DNA from: Eledone cirrhosa
Taxonomy: Eukaryota
Assembly (NCBI GenBank): GCA_964016885.1
Contig: OZ024742.1
Coordinates: 118,172,001-118,236,000, forward strand
DNA: 64,000 nucleotides
Direction of reading: 5' to 3'
Under the pieces are notes generated by a model that saw nothing but the letters and a program-made list of their open reading frames with translations, was not told the origin of the DNA and ran no database searches. Positions 56,886-64,000 of this stretch are shown here, in pieces; the stretch's first letter is position 1; every line of letters begins with the position of its first letter. Position numbers and translations under genes: made by a program.

Positions 56886-57899
56886 CTACCGATGCGCTGA
56901 ACGAGTGTGGCTTTTTAGTCCAGCCAGCGACTTGAAAACTCTAGTACAAACACTACACTTGTGACAATTACTGACACCTAGTGCTGGGCTCATGGCACCA
57001 TGTGACCCGAGGTGTCGTGTGAGATCACTACTCGACCTGCATACCCTTCCACAAACATCACATTTCGTCGTCTGATGAACACTTACAACTCCACAGGTGC
57101 CTGCTTCCCTGTTCTTGTGCACTCTCAGGTGACTCTTTAGACCTGCTATGCTCAGACAAACCCTATTACAGGTCTCACATGTCAGGTCAGGCCGTCTGTC
57201 AGTGCCTTCGGGAAGGCCAACATGGATTCCTTTCCAGACATCTCTTTTTAGTGTCGCGTGCTTTCTTCTTGTTTCCTCAAATAAACTCTTGCCACTTAGC
57301 CACTGCTTACCTCCACTGCAATCGATCGCTAGCACATGCTTCCCAGTGCTCACAATGGATTTTACTTTTCTTGAGCGCCCCTTGATGCAGTCCTTAAAAC
57401 GCATCTTGGGTTTGCTCGCGTTCCTTTTTCCCATTTGGAGCTCGCCATAAAGCAGCTGCTTCGGCATTCGCTTGTCATTCATCCTTACAAGATGGCCTGT
57501 CCAGCGCAGCTGATGTTTCAAAATCAAGGACTCGACACTATCACAGCCACTTCTGTCCAGAACCTCGACGTCACTGACAAACATTTGCCAAGTCATGCCG
57601 AGGATCCGACGTAAGCAGTACTGGTGGAACCCCTCAAGTCGCTTCATCTATCTACGGTAGACCACCCACGTCTCACAAGCATAAAGAAGTGCCGCGAGCA
57701 CACACGCATGATGCACTTTGAGCTTTGTCTTTACCGAAATTCTGTGTTGAGACCAGAGACGCTTGTTCAGTTTTCCAAAAGCATCATTGGCTTTCTGTAT
57801 CCTGTTTGATATTTCCTCATCAAGATCGCAGGACATACTCAGAGTGCTTCCAAGATATACAAAACTGCCAACGACCCTTAGTCGTTCACCATAAACCAA
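56886..57899 (-). pseudogene. RTE ORF C-terminal part with three C2H2 zinc fingers
   Basis: FVYLGS, LLYACETW, QLRWTGHLVRM..RMPKQLLYGEL; CxxC..HxxxH three times; in-frame TAG at 57648. Confidence 0.85.
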
Positions 57900-58977
57900 G
57901 ATGCATCAGGATTGGTTTGACCAAAATGACAAGCTTATAGACAAGCTTTTGGAGGAGAAACATATGCTCCACTCCGCATTGCTTGGTAGTGATTTAAGCA
58001 CCGATCGGCAGAAGACAATCGCTGATAAGCTGATGTGCAACGAAAATTGCGTGAAATGAAGAATAAGTGGTGGAATGACAAAGCCGATGAAATACAACTT
58101 GCGTCGGATGTGAAGGACGTTAAGGCAATGTATAATCTTCTTCGTGAAGTGTATGGACCACCTATATCACCAGTTGCGCCTCTTAGGACAAAGGATGGCA
58201 ATCAGCTCCTTAGAGATCCCAATGATATCCTGTTGAGATGGCGGGAACACTTTGACGAGCTTCTCAATAGGGATTCAGAGGTTGACGAAGAGTTTATCAG
58301 GTCTATACCTGATAAGCCAGTAAAGGAAATCCTTGCTGAGCCTCCAACGATCGAGGAGGTTAAAAGTGCTGTCAGGAAACTCAATGGTGGGAAGTCGCCT
58401 GGATTGGATGGACTGTATGCTGAGATCTTGAAGCACGGTGGAGAGAATCTCTTGCACCGACTTCATTCTTTGGTTCTGGATGCCTGGAACAACAATCATG
58501 TTCCCGATGACTGGAAGGATGCTGTGATGGTTATTTTGTACAAGGGAAAGGGAGACAGGGATGACTGCGGAAACTATCGTGGGATATCACTGTTGTCTGT
58601 TGTCGGCAAAGTTTTTGTGTAGAATTCTGTTGGACCGTCTATTGCTCCACATTGCTGTTGAAGCTCTACCAGAGTCGCAATCGGGTTTTCGGGCTGGGCG
58701 TGGCACTGTGGACATGATCTTTACAGCCAGACAACTGCAGGAAAAGTGTGTTGAGCAGAATGTGGATCTCTACCAGGTGTTTGTTGATCTGACAAAGGCG
58801 TTTGACACGGTAAACAGAAAGGCTTTATGGGATATCTTGAGGAAGCTGGGGTGCCCTGAGAAGTTAGTTTCCATTTTGCGTTTGTTCCATGATGACATGA
58901 CGGCATGGGTAAATGTTGGTGGAAAGCTCTCTGCGCCGGCGACGGTCGAGAATGGAGTCAAACAGGGTGACATTCCA
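57900..58977 (+). pseudogene. Inverted RTE RT N-terminal part
   Basis: ORFs 58035-58622 and 58561-58992: RWREHFDELLN, KSPGLDG, LPESQSGFRAGRGTVDMIF; frameshifts. Confidence 0.85.
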
Positions 58978-59855
58978 ATAAGCTATAGATAATTTGCCGG
59001 TGATTCGAAGAAGAATTAAAAAATCGAATGGTAAAATGGCAGATAAAATTCAACCCAAAAGAAAATAAATGTTTGCAGCAAAATATCATTACCAAAATAC
59101 CTTCTATTTAGTCAATTAGGAAACAAAAAATGGCAGCCAAATCTCTCGTAGATCCCACTCTAACAACTTTAAAAGAATGATATATTTGGTAGACATTTGA
59201 GATAAACTATGTCTAAACAAACACAAGGATCACAGCTAGAATGTTGTATCTGTCTGGAAGATTATTTGCCTATTCGTATCTCATTACAAGTATTTTCTAC
59301 GTGGGCAAATGGATTAACATGATTTACAGTTGTTTGGAGTACTTTAGATCTTTAATTACATTACCTACAAAAGTTTATATTATTCTACAACTTTAACATA
59401 TCTGTTATCAATGGAGATAAAAGCCTTGATGTCTGACGACAAAAATATACAAGTGTCTGATTCTTCTCACCATTCATAAAATTCCTGGGAATAGTTATTG
59501 GTGTCTGAGAACATTAGTTCTAGAGTCTTTATAGACGAGTAGATCATGAAAGAATGTTTCTCCTTATTTAAAAATGACCAGTTGTGATTTCTAAGATGAT
59601 TTGCTAAAACGTTATAGTAAATGAATAAGACATTTAACATAAACATAAGTGTATTTTAAGAGTATTTGCAGGCCGGAAATATATACAGTATCAAATTGTT
59701 TTTATTTTCTCATACATTCTTTTCAAGCTGCGTGTAAAAACTGAGGAGGGCTATATGCGCCAAATGATTGCATTTAGAAATATTCCGTTAAAGAAAAATA
59801 TAAATGACTTGGTTCGATATTGCATTTTTCAATGCCTTTGCAGGAAGGAAAAATA

Positions 59856-59902
<47 letters not shown>

Positions 59903-59908
<6 letters not shown>

Positions 59909-60130
59909 AAAAAAAATGAAATCGAAAATGCAACTGGAGTCTTTTTTTTTTTTAATATATATTTATTTGGTTCCTTTACCGGTTTCGTAGTTCTTCTGCT
60001 TTTCAAAAGTAGAATTGAGATACAGGGTCACAGAGATGTGAGAAAAACAACAGACCCTCCATCTCAATTCTACTTTTGAAAAGCAGAAGAACTGCGAAAC
60101 CGGTAAAAGGAACCAAATAAATATATATTC
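59903..60130. mobile_element. Fold-back pseudo-LTR with two U3-A8 hammerheads
   Basis: Arms ~59955-60021 and 60061-60128; TTGAAAA-GCAG-AAGAA-CTGC-GAAAC-CG-GTA at 60076-60105; same family as 16357-16692. Confidence 0.7.
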
Positions 60131-60194
60131 AACAGCTAGATCTAGCTGTCGAAACAGCCAGAGCTGAGCCGTCGGGGTCCTGACTCTTTTCCTA
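60131..60194 (+). mobile_element. Fragment of the 301-bp family beginning at stem II
   Basis: ACAGCTAGATCTAGCTGTCGAAACAGCC..GTCGGGGTCCTGACTCTTTTCCTAT. Confidence 0.6.
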
Positions 60195-60203
60195 TATATA
60201 TAT

Positions 60204-60251
<48 letters not shown>

Positions 60252-60263
60252 GTGTGTGTGTGT

Positions 60264-60403
<140 letters not shown>

Positions 60404-60880
60404 ATCGCTATCGGGGATTTGAAGAAACAACAACAATAATCCACCCATAGCATATCACAGAAAAAATGCTGCATGGGTTATTTTAGTCATTCTATTGTTA
60501 TTCATGTAATTTTTATTCATGCAATTTTCTATTTATGTAACCGCCGTCGGTTGAGGTCGTAACTGTTACATCATATTTGACATCGAAATATATAACAGTG
60601 ATTATGTAATCAAAAATAAAATGAAATAAATTCTCACTTACTGGCTTCTACTTCATTGTTATATCAATACTCCGGAGTACACAGACCTACATGCTCTACC
60701 CTGCGTACACTATATATATATATCACTTAAGAAACGGAGAATCAGTGGTGCGACGAATTAAAATTTATTAGACATACATATATATATTAGACATATATAT
60801 ATATATATTTATTAAAATAACAGATTAAAGTTTAAGCAAAGAATCGCTGCTTCAAATTTAGTCTTCAAATTTATTATTAT

Positions 60881-60944
<64 letters not shown>

Positions 60945-61984
60945 ATAATCACACACATATATATATATTTATGTATATGAATACTCACACATACACACAT
61001 ACACACACACACTCACACATACACTCTCACACACACACACATATATATATATATGTATGTGTGTGTATGTGTGTGTGTGTGTATAATTGGTGTTTGAATT
61101 TGTTTTGCAAAATTTCGTATCTGAAAACGTGTATTGAAACAGTTATTGTTATACTTTGGGAGGGCCATGCTGACAGTAAAAACACAAGCTCCTTTTGTTT
61201 TTCACTTCAATTTATTATAAACTCACAACCGAGTGGTTGTTTAGTTATTGTCAACAACCATCGAATAATTGGATGTACAACTCTCTTCAAACATGTGTAT
61301 GGAATTAAAATTTTAAAAGCTAATTTGTTCATCTATATATTTTATTATATATGTATATATATATATAAATTACACAAATATCAAAGTTATGTTCAAATCA
61401 TTTAATTGCTGACATTTGTTTCTTCCAAACGAAAGTTTGGAGTCATCGGAGCATTATCAATGTTTGTACATATAATTAACCTCCTATTCAACTGAACAAT
61501 CATATAGATACATATATATTGATGTTGTGAACAACAGTTTAGTATTTACAGGGTGTAATGGATGCGACATATATTATACGAGAATTGTACACAATTTTAA
61601 TTAAAATTAAAACCATAGAGTGGAAAACATGCAACAGATAATACAAGAGAATAGTCTAATAATTAAAGAGAACAACATGGTATATTCCTGCTCTGTAAAA
61701 CACCTGACGTTCTTACATTGAACTATTTCCCTTACTGGTGATAAGGTAGTAATAAATTACTGACCTTTCCTGTTGATAGTATATACATAACTATAAATAA
61801 TATCATTATTATATATATATATATTTATTTATTAAAATAACAGATTAAAGTTTAAGCAAATAATCGCTGCTTTCACCCTTAACTTTGGATTTTAGTCTTC
61901 GCATTTATTATTATTAATATATATATATATGTGTGTGTGTGTGTGTATGTGTGTGGTGTGTGTGTGTGTGTGTGTGTATGTATG

Positions 61985-62054
<70 letters not shown>

Positions 62055-62582
62055 GTGCGTGCGTGTGCGTGTGCGTGTGTGTGCATATATATACATATAT
62101 ATATATGGATATACATTGATATATATGTGTGTGTGTGTGCTGGCGTGTGTCTGTGTTTGTGTCTGTGGAGACAGCTGAAGTGTTTTGATGAATTTAAAAT
62201 AGAAACAATGAAATTGAAACTGGTTGAATTAGGATTAGAGTTTAAGTTAATGGTTGATTTTTATCCTAATGTGATTTTTATCTATCTATCTATCTATCTA
62301 CCTATATCTGTTCATTTGTCTATCAATTGATAATTCTTTATCCGCATAGTTTGGGCTTTTAATCATTTGAAATCATTACATTGCCGCAATGCTCTGGAAA
62401 ATTGCCTTGAAATTACATTTCTATATATATGTATGTATACACAATTTAGTCTGTTTGGTAAACAAATATATTATCTATATACACATTCCCATGTACAAAT
62501 ACACGCTCACACAGATGCACGTATATCTGTGTAAAGCATGTTGGACACTAGTGTAAACGTTTGTATATTCTTTTATATAAGT

Positions 62583-62850
62583 ATAGCGAGTACATCCCCG
62601 TACTGTGACAGGCAATAAAGTACTATTTTCTTAGTGGGTAAAGCTAATAATTGAATATTGAGAAAACAACAGGGGGATTTGACAGTAATATGTTCATTGT
62701 CAGAGAGGAAATAATATTCTTATAATGTGTATAAAACTTTTCTAGGATAAGAGATATTTTCATATTAGAGGGTCCGATATTATGTGACGATAAGTTAATG
62801 GAACAGACCATGAGGGAGAACGTTGTAAAATATTATAAGGTATGATAGAC
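62583..62850 (-). mobile_element. Possible non-autonomous Helitron-like element
   Basis: Minus strand starts TCTATC; weak GC-rich hairpin near a degenerate CTAR end. Confidence 0.25.
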
Positions 62851-63760
62851 TACGATATTATTATATTATTGTTAAAGTTGGTTTTGTCCGTTCAACAGCG
62901 CTGGCTATAATTAGTATTTCCAGGAAGAGAGATAATATTTCTTGAAATGTAAGCAGTTCCCGAAAATCTCACTTTGGGATTTGAGGTATTCTTCAGAAGA
63001 TTTTAAGCCCTCTTTCTATATATGTACTTATGTAACATTTAACTTCAATTAAGAAATAGGGCATGCCTTCAAAATTGGGTTTTTATAAAATATCATTGAT
63101 TTATAAAAATTATTTATTAAATATTGCTTTCTCAAGTTAGCAATACAGTAACTTATTAATCTGATAAACTTGTATAATAACCGAGTAATTTTCCTATATC
63201 TAAATTAGAACACCCATGTAAAACAGCTTTATTTATTATCAACAAATGCTTAACATCCCTCAATTAAGACATCTTTTCTCAGAAGATTTATTACCCCCTC
63301 TTTTACGATCTTCTTATCTCCCCTTTCTTCTTCTTCTTCTTCTTCTTCTTCTAATCCATGTTATTCTACCTCTTCTTCTCACTCTTCTTCCACTTCTTCT
63401 CTTCCCCTTCTTCTTCTACCTCTTCTTATCCCTCTTATTCCACCTCTTCTTCTCCCTCTTCTTCTCGCGTCCTTTTTCTTCTTCTTCTTCTTCTTCTTCT
63501 TCTTCTTCTTCTTCTTCTTCTTCTTCTGCTACGTCCACTTACTCCTCTAATGATAGTGGGGACAAGGTCCTGGAACACTCCTTCCACTATCTTTATCAAT
63601 CAAAGGAGGCAATCTGGAATACATATTCGTATGGTATACCTATTCTTATATCTACCCTGTTTATATACAACAAATAAAGATTCTAACTTCATTGTTTCCG
63701 AAGACGGTATGATCGAGCCTATATATTATGTCTGATAGTATACAGTTTTCTGTGTATATA

Positions 63761-63857
<97 letters not shown>

Positions 63858-64000
63858 ATGTGTGTGTGTTTCCATGTGTGTGCATGTGCTTATGTGCGCG
63901 AGTGTGTGTGTCTGAATTTACGTGACGATTTGACATAAACGTGTAAAAGAAAATATGTACCAGACTTGAAAAAGTAAGTTCTGAAATCAAAACAATCGAC

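Larger units (their letters stand above)
56824..58977 (-). mobile_element. RTE-clade LINE, 5'-truncated and 5'-inverted
   Basis: Minus segment 56824-57899 (RT C-terminus, zinc fingers, (TATG)n tail) joined to plus segment ~57893-58977 (HQDWFDQND..NYRGISLLS..FVDLTKAFDTV..NGVKQGD). Confidence 0.9.

Noticed and set aside
56886-57647. Host C2H2 zinc-finger gene
   Set aside because: It is continuous with RTE RT motifs and followed by the element's 3'UTR and tail; a second copy lies at 11726-11894
63246-63735. Leu/Ser-rich ORFs resembling membrane proteins
   Set aside because: Derived from (CTT)n low-complexity sequence

Overview
AT-rich, microsatellite-saturated eukaryotic DNA with no recognisable host protein-coding gene. 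The SINE and repeat content suggests a cephalopod such as Octopus; this is inference, not a database match. Almost all ORFs in the track are (TA)n/(CA)n/(TACA)n artefacts. The real coding remnants are retrotransposons: two fairly complete Penelope-like elements (PLEs; a Hydra-clade-like copy at ~1.4-4.9 kb and a Neptune-like copy at ~41.8-44.5 kb inside a 6.3-kb inverted-repeat structure), a decayed Hydra-like copy, a 5'-inverted RTE LINE with three C2H2 fingers, a CR1-type 3' end and decayed R4/Dong-like LINEs. There are also ~15 tRNA-derived SINE copies. The most striking signal is non-coding. Reading both strands by hand shows ~20 minimal type I hammerhead ribozymes in about ten families of short (~300-530 bp unit) elements, nearly all lodged in (TA)n, arranged as tandem and/or fold-back copies. 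These include an ORF-free 310-bp tandem array resembling a non-LTR retrozyme (circular RNA) and several families with the compensatory U3-A8 catalytic core. All folds were paired by eye; no activity, expression or database evidence is available.
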